Of a DNA stretch of 64,000 nt, positions 1 to 12,733 are shown in pieces. Every line of letters begins with the position of its first letter. Position 1 is the first letter of the stretch. The notes under the pieces were generated by a model. It saw nothing but the letters and a program-made list of their open reading frames with translations. It was not told where the DNA came from and searched no databases. The position numbers were made by a program, and so were the translations under genes. Where the stretch lies: assembly GCA_002633005.1 (NCBI GenBank), contig NMRA01000620.1, forward strand, positions 158,999 through 222,998, written 5' to 3'. This stretch comes from Phoronis australis. Lineage: Eukaryota > Animalia > Phoronida.

Positions 1-89
1 TTACGTTTCCAGCTGCGTTGCTGTAAGGACAAGTCTTCTTCAAGGTTACAACACACACGCTTCTGGTGTTTTCAAACGGCTACCTAACA

Positions 90-770
90 ATGCCAGTTCT
101 TTGGCTCTTGTATATAATAAAATAAAATAAAATAAGAAAACATGTATTTATGGTCCCTAAATTTTCAATACACTTTGAAAAAATATTCTGTACAGTTTTA
201 TAGACACCTAGAGTTGTAGATTTTAAAAGCAGTTGCGTATTAGAATACTTTTGGGATTCAGTTGCGGGCTCAGTTATGCTAGCTTTTTGCTTCTCACAGA
301 TAACCAAGTTCAGGATTATCTGTTTTTGTCTTCAATGCTTTCATTAGACAAGTTGAATATGATCTGCTTCAAGTTTCGCATATGCGCTCTAGCAATTGTT
401 GATTTTGAAAGAGATTTTGGTTTGAATATATTGTAAAATTTTTGCGAATTTCGTTATTGGCCTCAGTGATGTTAGTTCTTTGGCTCTCAAAGGTAATCAA
501 ATAAAGGAACATGTGGTCTTGTCTCCAAGACTTTCATTAGACATGATGAATATGCACCGTACCATTTTTGCAGATGTGCTCCAAAAATTGTAGATTTTGA
601 AAGCGATTTTGGTTGGAATATATAGTAAAGTTTGTACGAATTTCATTATTGGCTCCAGTCATGCTAGCTTTTTGCGTCTCACAGTTAACTAAGTTATAGA
701 CCATGTGTTTTTGTCTTCAAGATTTTCATTAGACATGATGAATATGTACTGAACCAACTTTTGCAGCTAG
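90..770. repeat. Degenerate tandem repeat, ~192-bp unit, ~3.5 copies
   Basis: Anchor TTTCATTAGACA recurs at 339, 532 and 724; flanking motifs (GATTTTGAAAG, TGCTAGCTTTTTGC) recur with the same spacing. Confidence 0.8.
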
Positions 771-1660
771 AGTTGATCACGATTAAAAGCGAAACAATGA
801 AGTATGTTGGGTTGGAATTGACTCGTCAAAGTGTGTTCTAGGTACCTGTACCACAAACAACTCTCACTAAAATCTTTACTTCCAAGACCTATCCATAAAC
901 TTGGGCATAAATTTAATCAATCAAAACGCGCAGTGTCAAAACGATGCTTGTAGGAATGTCTTTGTATATGTTCAGTTTGAAAGTTATCTATTATTAAGTG
1001 GAGCCAACATTATGCAGCCATCTATTCATTTCTTCGTGGATTAGTTCTTACTTCATTACACTCATTCATGTTTCGTTTCCTTGCTTCCTATAGATTCTAG
1101 TTGTCTTGATATATTCTCTATTATGTTTGATGTCTACAGGAGTTAGTGAGAGTGATAATCTATTATATTCTCATACTTGTAGCAGCTTAAATTCTCAATC
1201 CCTAGTCACCAGCCTCTATTGTTAAGTCTTGATTTGATTCACAAACACTGAACACAGCCCAAGCTTCTCACTCACTGATTAGTTTTGTCTTTGGCAAACA
1301 TTCATCGAATAAGTTCACTTGCAATATCTTTATATTATCCACGGCTTGGAATTTTCCTCCTTTATAAGGTGATTTCCTCTTTTTTGTCATTCAGTTAAGT
1401 TTCACAACATCGCCCCAGTCTATGTCTTAGTGGAACGATGCATCACCTGGGAAATTTTCCTCTTTTTCGTCATTGGTGATTGCAAGTCCTAGTAATTATC
1501 ACGCCAGAAGCTTTTTAAACACGAATATGTTTTTCTCTCTGAAGCTCCTCGGGTTTTTAATTCATAAGAAAACCCACAAAACTTAAATTATTCTGAATGG
1601 AGTCTGAACTGAAATGAATTTTGAAAATGACCCTAGCACTGGGCTGTCTGTCAGTAGATA

Positions 1661-4600
1661 CAGCACACATCACGAATTTTTGGCCGACCGGTCGAAAATT
1701 GGTCGACGACCGGCCGCCGACCGGTCGTCTAGCCGACCATCAGCCGACCAACAACGGTCGGCTAGGAGCCGTCTGCTGAGTCGACACTGTGGTCGGCACT
1801 TGGGTCGGCTAATTAGTCGCCTAGCGTAGACGACCAATTCTGATTAAGCGTGTCCTTGGTCGGCAATTACCATTTTATGACTTAGCGGGTGAACTTTGGA
1901 CAAGCAAACATTTAACTGTTCGCTGTTCGTTTACCAGTGGCAACTCCGGTCAACTATTGAATGGAGGTAAAATCGAATCAACCTACAAATACGAAGTGCG
2001 TGACATTACACCAGCCTCAAACTTTATGTTGAATTAATGACGGCGTGGTCAAATCAAACGTTAAGTGATATCGCGGAAGCATACTTTCTAACTTTAGATA
2101 TGAGAATTTTTATACAGTGCCAAAATTTGAAATTTACAGTAAAATTGCATAACAATCAGAATACAACACTGGATATTTTACGACCTCAAGGGTTTTCATG
2201 CAGCGGAATGAACAACAAGCATCACGCATTTGCGTTCATCCGTTATTGCTCTTGATCATCACTTCATCACGCTGTATATTGCGATTTACCACAGATACAT
2301 GTAAGTATTGCTTACTTCTGTATAATTTCTTAATATGTTGGTACAGCAATAGAACCCAAGTTTATTTTAGGAACAACATAAACAATGGTTTGAACATAGC
2401 GCCGATATTAAATCATGGGAGCTGTTGTGTATCTTACTTTGTCAAATAAAGTAGACACTCCATGAACTACGCAGTGAAACGAACAGAATTGAACTGAACA
2501 CTGAACTGATTTATTCTACATATCATCACAATATATATACACACAACTACATAGCAACATATGATGCGTTACCTATGACACACTTCCTGTACTAGGAATC
2601 GCATGACATAATACCAATTAAACTACTGAACTCATAAACAATAACAACCTACAAACATCCTGTTATTGTGTGACTAAGTACACAACAGGAGCACGAAAAC
2701 GGAAGACTGTGATCGGTTTATAGTGTAATCCATCATCATTCTGAAGTTGTCACTTTCGCAGTAAAATATCTTAGCGAAACTAGAGCCTTCCTATCTAGCC
2801 AGCTAGTTGCATGAAGACTATTTTCAAAATACAGCAAGGTGCCACTGCTTATTGAGCTCAAACAGACCTCGAAACTTCACACAGCCCGGATAGTTAAATG
2901 TACGCTTGTCACCTCGTCGAAAAGCTTGTATCAACATAAGCTCAAGACCGGCGAGTTTGCATGCAAACTCTGGAAGCTAATTGGCATTCAAGTTGCTCGT
3001 TACGGCCGTTTAAACGAAAAACATCTGACGTCATCTTCCTGCGTAATTCTCTGCCTTTTGTAACGAAAAAACGTATGTCGTCGTTTTGAAAAGAGTTCAT
3101 TCGTGACACGCGCCACTTTCAAAATGTTTTCGACATCTCCCATTAGATGGTGACAACCTCTCAGCAAAATTTGTTCTAAAATTTGGTTCACTGATATCAA
3201 AATTCCAGAAACATATAGTGAAGTAAAACCAATTCTGATCATTTGTCGTGACGTTTACGTAACCTCGAGGGAGAACGTTTGATTGTAGAACCTGGGAAAA
3301 AGAAACTGAATAATGGGTGACGCAATATTTCATTGCGTCGAAAGTCTACGCAAAAGGTTATACCCTAATTTTAGCAGCAGAATAATTGCAGAAAACCAAA
3401 TTTTGCAACGCTGGTAAATAATTTAGATTATTCTAGGAAGACTTTATTCAGTCAGTTTTTACCCACAACGGCGCAAATTTGTATGTTTAATTTAGTAAAC
3501 ACCTTCGCACCAAGGCTAGAGCCTTCCGAGCCCTTTGGCGTAAGAACACAACACTTGGCGTTTCGCGTATACTCCAGGGGGTAAAATTTTGAAAATTTTA
3601 TTTTCGGGGTAACCTGGTACAGGTAATCCTAAAAAAATTGTCTGTGTTTTCATGTAGAGCGTAAGAATTATTAACCCAGTGATTCAAAAAGAACACTCTC
3701 GCAAACGAAAACGCACAGAATTTTCAGCTCTATTACCCTGGTTAAAAAACAACTTCTATAAGTTTATTGTATGGGATTCTAGTGATCACCAAGGCAAGTC
3801 AAAACTCTTAAGGGGGCGCAATTTCAAACTTTTGACATGAATCAGTGATATAAAAATGGAATTAGACCGACTTTAATTCATCAGCAATGTAAACACAACA
3901 GTTACAGACACTGACTGAGTTTGTTAACGTCTTGTGGCAATGATAAAAATAAATGTTTCTACTATGATTGATAACAAGTTTTACTCTGATGAGGTATCAT
4001 GCAATATGCATGTCTAATATGCAGATCGGCAGTTGCAAAAACATTTACTGGATTTAATGAATCCGTTTGATATGAACCACTGTAAAAGTATGATTACTAA
4101 TTGTACATTCGAAGCACGCCTCATTAGAATAAAAACATAAACATGCTTGATGTTCCTGGGAGTGCCTCTAGGCATGAATGAAGATATATAGTTGTTCAGC
4201 CATAGAGGATAACAAGGCTTACATAATATCACACTGAGCCATCTGCACCAGGCATATACAAAGGATACAGTATTTCAAAAGAATCCACAACTACTCATTT
4301 TTCTTAGTCATAACTACTCATTTTTCATAGTATTACTAAATCACGAACACCTAGATTAATATAAGAAGTTACACAGAACGCTGCTGCACAACTTGCTCTC
4401 CCACATTTATGGGAGGCCTAATTTTCAACATTTAACAACATATATTTTCTATACAAGATTTAAACCAAGCAAAACATGTTAACTCTCCAGGACCAAAATA
4501 AATTTCTCAAAACCAGAAATTTTAATTAAGCAGGAATTAAAACAATCCAATACATTGAGAATGTTTTCACACAAGGTACCAAAAAACAAACAAAGACTAA

Positions 4601-7033
4601 AATTCACCACGTAAAGACTGAAATTTATCACATCAGCACCTATAATTTATCAAGTGAGGACCAAAAATTCTTCACTTCAGGATCAAAATAAAATACGACC
4701 GAACTGAAAATTTAATAAGCCACGTTCAAAAACTTACCACGTCAGTAACTTTACACGCCAGAACACCCTGTCACCATCCCCAAGCATTGATCCTTCAAAG
4801 TGATAATGTTCGTACTATAGGTATAAACAAGGGCTAAATGTTCAACCTCTTGCCGACAAGACATATTATCTTGGAAATGCGGTTGAATTTCTTTCGTCTA
4901 ATCCACGTTTTACAATAGATGCCAATGTATAGGTACCCACTGGATTGCCATCATTGCATAATGGGTGACCACGTTGTCTCCGGGCATGAAAAGAATTCTC
5001 TCCTAGCGTGACACAATAAATCCTGGTTGGCAATTGTTTTTGATTCTACAGAGATTTCAATTCCTGAATAGAAAATGTGTGTTCTGAATTTTTCCGCTTC
5101 AGCTTTCCATTCAGCTAACTATTGCACATCACAGTGTTTTTACTATCCCGTGGCGGCTCCATTGCAACGAATCACTTCTGGTACAACCTTCCGTAAATGA
5201 CGTTCGTATTTTGCACATTTCTTCGGGGTAACAGTTTTCCAAGAGCTATATGATCAACGGACAAGTTTCTGTTTGGTATTCGGTTTTATTTTCTTTTTCA
5301 GGTAGTTCTTGAGCTCATGCTCTGAATGTTTTGAAAACGCAACACTTTCTTTACGCAGATACGTTTTCTGCACCTGGGCACCGACTCGGTGAATTTATCA
5401 ACGAAACATTTATTTTTGAAAACGCCCTCAAAAGTGTACTTTTTTAAAACACCGTGTTGACCATAGTCGTCAGTGTAGAAAAGCGAAATGAAAAAAATTG
5501 TAAACACTGCTCAAAGCACTTTTGTGGACATACGGAAACGCCAACGTCTCTGTCTTAACACGCTGCGTGTGCTTGGCATTTCTGATAAAGCGTTCTCATG
5601 CTGGAAACTTTTTTAAGACTGAGCACCATTTCAAAAAATTGTATTTTTTCTTACAGCAAAGCACAGAATAATTATTTGGTGATTTTAGGAATGAAACGGA
5701 ACCAAATCTCGAGTGGTGACTGATTAGAATTGGCAAAACTCGGGGAGGGGTGGCGTTACAAGTCAAACATGTAGTTGCCACTTCTCATTCAGCGTCACTT
5801 ACTACCTGAGCTGGCCAGATCATACGCTATAAATATCGCCAGACGCTTTGCTTCTCAAAAATGCACCTTGATGTATTTTCTATCATTTTTTGCCATGGCA
5901 ATCGCTTTACCAAAGATTCACGCACATATGCCACGTAGAGACAAATACCTCTTCACCACGTATTCACATCTTCCAGTTCACAATTGTTTTATTTTACATA
6001 ATTTGTCAATATGTTTTTGACAGAAAATATTTATTTTTGGAACAACGTGAACGACCAACTGATAGGGGCCTACGTGTACTAGTATGTGGCATGTAACTGC
6101 TAGCCCGGATTTTAACGTCACCGATACATGAAAACGGAATGCGCAAAGCTACAATTGCCTGCAGCTTCAACAGTGGTCATTCCGTGTTTGATGTCACCGT
6201 GTTAGTTAGTGGAAATCGGAACCACAGTATGATTTCGAAGTTAGAGCCGTCGAAGTCCATGGGTTTAGGCCATAGTGGACCGTGAATTTCGCCGGGTCAA
6301 TACTATGAAAATAAAATCCCCGGAGTGAGAACTCTTCGCGGTGTAACAACTCACTCACTAATCCTTTATCATGGGCGCGTGATAGGAGACCGGTGAATAA
6401 CTTAAAACACGCAAAAACGATGCAGTTTGGCGTTACACAAACAAAATCAATTGTGGGCGAAGACTGCAAAAAACAGCCGCGTTTACAAAATAACTATACA
6501 ACGTTGTATTGACCCGGAAGCAACCGATCTAATACAATTTGTTTACGTCAGGAGTCAAATTAAAGATCAAATGTAAAGAAAACTTTCACGTTTTTCATCC
6601 AAAACTTGTTGCATTGTCCATAATCCAATGTTTACTAATGCCGCTTGCCTTCAACCTTCGAAGTATTGATGTTACACAACCGACGTGAACTCGTGTAACC
6701 GAGACAGCAAAACTAGGTTAATTTATTTGACCCTGTGCTAAGACGAATATGCATCGACACGCAAAGTGGTATGAGCCTGACAACCTATTACGCAACTGCT
6801 ACTATTTAGTTGCCTAAAAATAGCAGTCGACCAGCTGGTCGGCTGATGGCCGGTCGGCTAAAGGGTCGGGTCGGCATGAAGGGTCGGCTGTGGGGTCGCC
6901 TTGTGAGTCGGCACTGCGGGCGGCTGCCGGTCGGCTAATTGTTAGCCGACCGGTCGGCTAATTTGCCGACCGGTCGACGGCTAGTCGTCGACCAATTTCC
7001 GACCGGGCGGACAAAATTTCGTGATGTGTGCTG
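1661..7033. mobile_element. Non-autonomous TIR DNA transposon, CAG...CTG termini, TA target-site duplication, GCCGAC-rich subterminal arrays
   Basis: Left end TA|CAGCACACATCACGAATTTT(T)TGGCCGACCGGTCG at 1661; right end ...AAAATTTCGTGATGTGTGCTG|TA at 7033. About 65 bp of inverted similarity plus many GCCGAC/GTCGGC motifs at 1680-1865 and 6825-7010. No long ORF. Confidence 0.9.
2423..2687 (-). mobile_element. Solo LTR (265 bp) nested in the TA-flanked transposon
   Basis: Termini TGTTGTGTA...TACACAACA; 5-bp TSD GGAGC at 2418-2422 and 2688-2692; AATAAA on the minus strand near 2510 (orientation tentative). Confidence 0.85.
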
Positions 7034-7913
7034 TACTTAGCGATATTAAAACGTGCCAATACTTTCTGAGAATAACAGCCTGCCATGTCATTGAGCGAAA
7101 CTACAACCCGGAAAACTGCCATTCTCCTCGGTTTGCGGTGCTGTATAGGTCAGCTGAGTGAGCGGTATGCAGTACACAATAGAGGTACAGTTTTAATAGC
7201 ACCTAACCCACAACGAAGCAGTGACTCGGGAAAAAGCCAGATGCAAGTTAACCTTTGTCCAGTGCATGCCCACGTGCCTGTCAAGGCGTATTCAATTTTC
7301 GGATATTCTTGAGATACGATAGAGAATGTCATGAATTGACGAAATAATCATAAACAGTGAAAATAACTTACATGTACTTGACTTTTCATTGTTTCATACC
7401 CGCAATGCCTTCGAAAAAAGTCGTCAACTCTCTTTACAAAGGACTCTGAGGATCAATGAACTTAATTCAACGTACAAACTACTGTAGAGGCACACAAAAT
7501 GACATTATCCGCCCTCATGTGAACGACTGCCTCCACAGAACGGCCGGGCTCGTACATAGACCCTATTCACGCGGCGGCCATTAAGATCCAAAGCGAGGCT
7601 CACTGCGATAAACAAAGCGAAAGTAGACATTGCGTGAGTTAAATAGCCGGTCTTTCGAGTCCAGCCTAGATATTAAATTTTAATGATGTGTCGACAATTA
7701 ACCACAGAGACGTAGAAAATTACATTAGAGAACAAGTTAAGGCGCCAAAGAGTTGTCTGACGAAAGGGTTTAATTTTTTTCGGAAAACTAGGTTCGAAAC
7801 ATGAACAGTAAATACGACCAAATTGCGACGATCGCAGTGTTACGGATTAGGTATTATGCTGAATGCAGGGTTACGTTTTTTCTTGTAAATTGTTGATCAA
7901 AATACTTTCTACN

Positions 7914-9539
7914 GCCGACAAGACATATTATCTTGGAAATGCGGTTGAATTTCTTTCGTCTAATCCACGTTTTACAATAGATGCCAATGTATAGGTACCC
8001 ACTGGATTGCCATCATTGCATAATGGGTGACCACGTTGTCTCCGGGCATGAAAAGAATTCTCTCCTAGCGTGACACAATAAATCCTGGTTGGCAATTGTT
8101 TTTGATTCTACAGAGATTTCAATTCCTGAATAGAAAATGTGTGTTCTGAATTTTTCCGCTTCAGCTTTCCATTCAGCTAACTATTGCACATCACAGTGTT
8201 TTTACTATCCCGTGGCGGCTCCATTGCAACGAATCACTTCTGGTACAACCTTCCGTAAATGACGTTCGTATTTTGCACATTTCTTCGGGGTAACAGTTTT
8301 CCAAGAGCTATATGATCAACGGACAAGTTTCTGTTTGGTATTCGGTTTTATTTTCTTTTTCAGGTAGTTCTTGAGCTCATGCTCTGAATGTTTTGAAAAC
8401 GCAACACTTTCTTTACGCAGATACGTTTTCTGCACCTGGGCACCGACTCGGTGAATTTATCAACGAAACATTTATTTTTGAAAACGCCCTCAAAAGTGTA
8501 CTTTTTTAAAACACCGTGTTGACCATAGTCGTCAGTGTAGAAAAGCGAAATGAAAAAAATTGTAAACACTGCTCAAAGCACTTTTGTGGACATACGGAAA
8601 CGCCAACGTCTCTGTCTTAACACGCTGCGTGTGCTTGGCATTTCTGATAAAGCGTTCTCATGCTGGAAACTTTTTTAAGACTGAGCACCATTTCAAAAAA
8701 TTGTATTTTTTCTTACAGCAAAGCACAGAATAATTATTTGGTGATTTTAGGAATGAAACGGAACCAAATCTCGAGTGGTGACTGATTAGAATTGGCAAAA
8801 CTCGGGGAGGGGTGGCGTTACAAGTCAAACATGTAGTTGCCACTTCTCATTCAGCGTCACTTACTACCTGAGCTGGCCAGATCATACGCTATAAATATCG
8901 CCAGACGCTTTGCTTCTCAAAAATGCACCTTGATGTATTTTCTATCATTTTTTGCCATGGCAATCGCTTTACCAAAGATTCACGCACATATGCCACGTAG
9001 AGACAAATACCTCTTCACCACGTATTCACATCTTCCAGTTCACAATTGTTTTATTTTACATAATTTGTCAATATGTTTTTGACAGAAAATATTTATTTTT
9101 GGAACAACGTGAACGACCAACTGATAGGGGCCTACGTGTACTAGTATGTGGCATGTAACTGCTAGCCCGGATTTTAACGTCACCGATACATGAAAACGGA
9201 ATGCGCAAAGCTACAATTGCCTGCAGCTTCAACAGTGGTCATTCCGTGTTTGATGTCACCGTGTTAGTTAGTGGAAATCGGAACCACAGTATGATTTCGA
9301 AGTTAGAGCCGTCGAAGTCCATGGGTTTAGGCCATAGTGGACCGTGAATTTCGCCGGGTCAATACTATGAAAATAAAATCCCCGGAGTGAGAACTCTTCG
9401 CGGTGTAACAACTCACTCACTAATCCTTTATCATGGGCGCGTGATAGGAGACCGGTGAATAAGTTAAAACACGCAAAAACGATGCAGTTTGGCGTTACAC
9501 AAACAAAATCAATTGTGGGCGAAGACTGCAAAAAACAGC
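7914..9539 (+). repeat. Near-identical duplicate of 4852-6477, bounded by single-N joins (collapsed repeat or haplotype redundancy)
   Basis: Offset 3062 bp; identical ORFs (5298/8360, 5596/8658, 5775/8837); N at 7913 and 9540. Confidence 0.9.
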
Positions 9540-9540
9540 N

Positions 9541-10214
9541 ACTCACTCACTAATCCTTCATCATGGGCGCGTGATAGGAGACCGGTGAATAACTTAAAAC
9601 ACGCAAAAACGATGCAGATTGGCGTTACACAAACAAAATCAATTGTGCGCGAAGACTGCGAAAAATAGCCGCGTTTACAAAATGACTATGCAGCGTTGTA
9701 TTGACCGGAAAGCAACCGATCTAATACAAGTTGTTAACGTCAGGAGTCAAATTAAAGATCAAATGTAAAGAAAACTTTCACGTTTTTCATCCAAAACTTG
9801 TTGCATTGTCCATAATCCAATGTTTACTAATGCCGCTTGCCTTCAACCTTCGAAGTAGTGGTGTTACACAATCGACGTGAACTCATGTAACCGAGACAGC
9901 AAAACTAGGTTAATTTTTTTGACCCTGTGCTAAGACGAATATGCATCGACACGCAAAGTGGTATGAGCCTGACAACCTATTACGCAACTGCTACTCTAGC
10001 CTAACAATAGCAGCCGACCAGCTAGTCGTCTGATGGCCGGTCGGCTGAAGGGTCGGCTGAAGGGTCGGCTGTGGGGTCGCCTTATGAGTCGGCACTGCGG
10101 GCGGCTGCCGGTCGGCTAATTTTTAGCCGACCGGTCAGCTAATTTGCCGACCGGTCGACGGCCGGTCGTCGACCAATTTCCGACCGGTCGGCCAAAAATT
10201 CGTGATGTGTGCTG
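9541..10214 (+). mobile_element. Right end of a second, slightly diverged copy of the CAGCACAC-TIR transposon
   Basis: Matches 6349-7033 with scattered substitutions; ends ...CGTGATGTGTGCTG|TA at 10214 with a different flank from the first copy. Confidence 0.9.
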
Positions 10215-11143
10215 TAGGATAGGGAGTAAACAAATAGTCTCCGCATTGATTGATATAACTGTAACTGATAAACCTGTTAGAAATCATTCCAAACAATAAT
10301 ACTGCTTTGATGTACGAAAAGATCCCGAGTGCTACGTCAAATATCGCAACACACATCACAACAAACAAAAATTAACCTGACTGGCGACTGCCGCGAAGTC
10401 GAGATTGGCGAGTACCTCGATCGGTTAACAGGAATCAGTAGNTTGTCCACGAATATAGTAACCTTAGGTCTTTTGGGAATTTGTGGCCACCTGTCGAAGA
10501 CTTGCACCAGGGAAATTAGCAGTAATAAGGCTTAGCTCGACGACGTATTTTGATAAAAATTCCATCTTTTACCAGTTGTTTACATGCAGACAGCCACGCA
10601 TGCGCAATTTAATCACCACTAGTACAGCAGCGACACCGCGAGGAGAATTCTCCGAATAGCCCCATTGATAGCAAAACGGTTTCATGAGATAAACTCGAAG
10701 GAGCTTCATGAGGGTAATAAGAATTACCTCGCCATGCTCTTTCCCTCAAACATGTATTACCTGTTATTTCCACAGAGTCAGGCGCACCAAATTTTACAAC
10801 CCACCCTATGCCAATCCCCCGCTGAGGACCATAGTAAGTAAATTAAAAAAATGACTTACATACCTTTCTTTAAAAAATAGCTGTTCCTTTTCAAAGACTT
10901 TGTTCGTTGTCTCCGACATAGAAAGTAGGCTTTGACAACAGATCTGCACTGGACGGGAAGATCTTGCTGGTTAGCTGCAGTCAAATGCTTAAAACAATTT
11001 TTTGTCCATTCAGGGACGTTGCAGAAGCGATGCATATCTTCTCTGCACGATACAACTTGAGACCATAAACCTAAAAACAAAAGGTCACGTGAAAACAGAC
11101 GTCATAGATTTCCATTTCAACGTGTAATAGATTCCGGAAGACA

Positions 11144-11370
11144 TAGGATAGGGAGTAAACAAATAGTCTCCGCATTGATTGATATAACTGTAACTGATAA
11201 ACCTGTTAGAAATCATTCCAAACAATAATACTGCTTTGATGTACGAAAAGATCCCGAGTGCTACGTCAAATATCGCAACACACATCACAACAAACAAAAA
11301 TTAACCTGACTGGCGACTGCCGCGAAGTCGAGATTGGCGAGTACCTCGATCGGTTAACAGGAATCAGTAG
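11144..11370 (+). repeat. Duplicate of 10215-10441; the empty-site version of the transposon insertion
   Basis: GACA|TA|GGATAGGGAG here versus GCTG|TA|GGATAGGGAG at 10211; about 227 bp identical up to the N at 10442. Confidence 0.85.
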
Positions 11371-11928
11371 AATAAACATGGAATAATCGTTAAAATAAGC
11401 ACAAACCTTACCTTTGTAATAGGGTGTGCTTACTTCCTCTCATGGAAGCACCCTTTTCACGCAATCTCAGTTTCAGTTGGCACAGCTGCAAGCCATTTCA
11501 CCATGCATTTAAAGGGCTCGCGAAATCGAGGCTGCTCATCTATCACCAATAGTACACGCGCGCCCTCTAGTTAATGTGAATTTTCCGAATAGCCCCATTT
11601 ATGAGGAAGGGAAATCTGTATCCACGGCAACGATGGCGCTCGGCTCTTATGCGATGAGGCGGAATTCGTAATATCAGAAATTAGGATGCCGTGGCGGATG
11701 CTTGCAAAGAATGAGACTGAAGTTTGGGCGTAATGTGATCCCCAAATAGAACGTTCTCGCGTTACCTCCAGCCAAACGTTCAAATTATGTTGTTTAAATG
11801 AGTGATTACACCTCATTACAAACTCGGACGGGAATATATAGTCGGAGAATGACTTGACGTAATTTTTCATCTGATTGTATTTTTGTTACTCAAGTTTCTT
11901 ACAGAGCTGGAAATGGGAAAACCCCACT

Positions 11929-12733
11929 GCCGAATGTTTACTATTCCGAAGGTTCACTTCAGTCTTCGAAAATTCATTACTCGCAGTTTCACTAATCCGA
12001 AATTATCTAAAATTTCGAAGTCAGGTGTAACTGTTATACATGTACTTTTACATGCAAAAATAAACGACGCTTCCTTTGTTACAGTGTAGATACAAGTGTA
12101 CTGAAAACAACTTCCGGGTAAAAATCACTTTGTTTGGGTTTCATGCCCCTTGTGAAATTACCCGAATGTCTTATGAATACGGAAGAGTAAGTACTTGCAT
12201 TTCTAAAAGAATATGAAGCAGGAATATTGATCAATTATCAGTCACGATGCATTCATCAATTCCATGTCAAGATCGCATCATTTCCGACCGCGACAGTTAA
12301 GGTTACGGCCGATACGCATTTTAACCTCACCCATCGGAACTACTCGCACCGCCGGGTCGAAACTAAAATAAGGTACTTAGTAGGCTACCCAAAAGTCTCA
12401 TTAAAACCGCCGTTGATCGTCGCAGCCCGGACCCGTGCCCCAGACGTTGTCCCTTATTGAGAATGAGCCTTTAGTAAGATTCAAGAATCACGTTTGGTAG
12501 TGATTGAAACTGAGCTCTTTTGTGGTGTAAATCAATGTTTTAGGAACTATTGAAGTCCTGCAACCATTCAAATGGTTACATGACGGACACAAATATACTT
12601 TAGTCGTGTCAGTTCCGACTCATTAGCAGATAATCAGAGTAACTAACTGTCGGAGTTTAGTTTCGGAATTGTGGACATTCGTCGTAGTGAACTTTCGAAG
12701 ATAGAGAACCTTCCGAGTAGTGAAGCTTCTGAC
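11929..12733. mobile_element. MITE-like element with inverted arrays of a ~16-20-bp TTCACTATTCCGAA-like unit
   Basis: 11929-12001 is the approximate reverse complement of 12661-12733. Confidence 0.6.

Larger units (their letters stand above)
7558..11596. mobile_element. Possible degenerate ISL2EU-like element (AT-flanked) hosting the second CAGCACAC element
   Basis: AT|AGACCCTATTC at 7558 and GAATAGCCCC|AT at 11596 (also at 10663). Plus-strand remnant APKSCLTKGFNFF near 7740 resembles the start of SWIM/YqaJ proteins; a minus-strand THAP-like exon (MHRF..PE..K) lies at ~10860-11070. The span crosses N joins. Confidence 0.35.

Noticed and set aside
1680-1865. GCCGAC arrays as a possible CRISPR or iteron array
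   Set aside because: Irregular short motifs in both orientations with no unique spacers; they are transposon subterminal repeats in a eukaryotic context.
4440-4760. Faint ~22-bp periodicity (GGACCAAAA-like)
   Set aside because: Too degenerate to define a unit by eye.
5298-9546. Identical ORF pairs suggesting duplicated genes
   Set aside because: Short chance ORFs inside duplicated transposon interior bounded by N joins.
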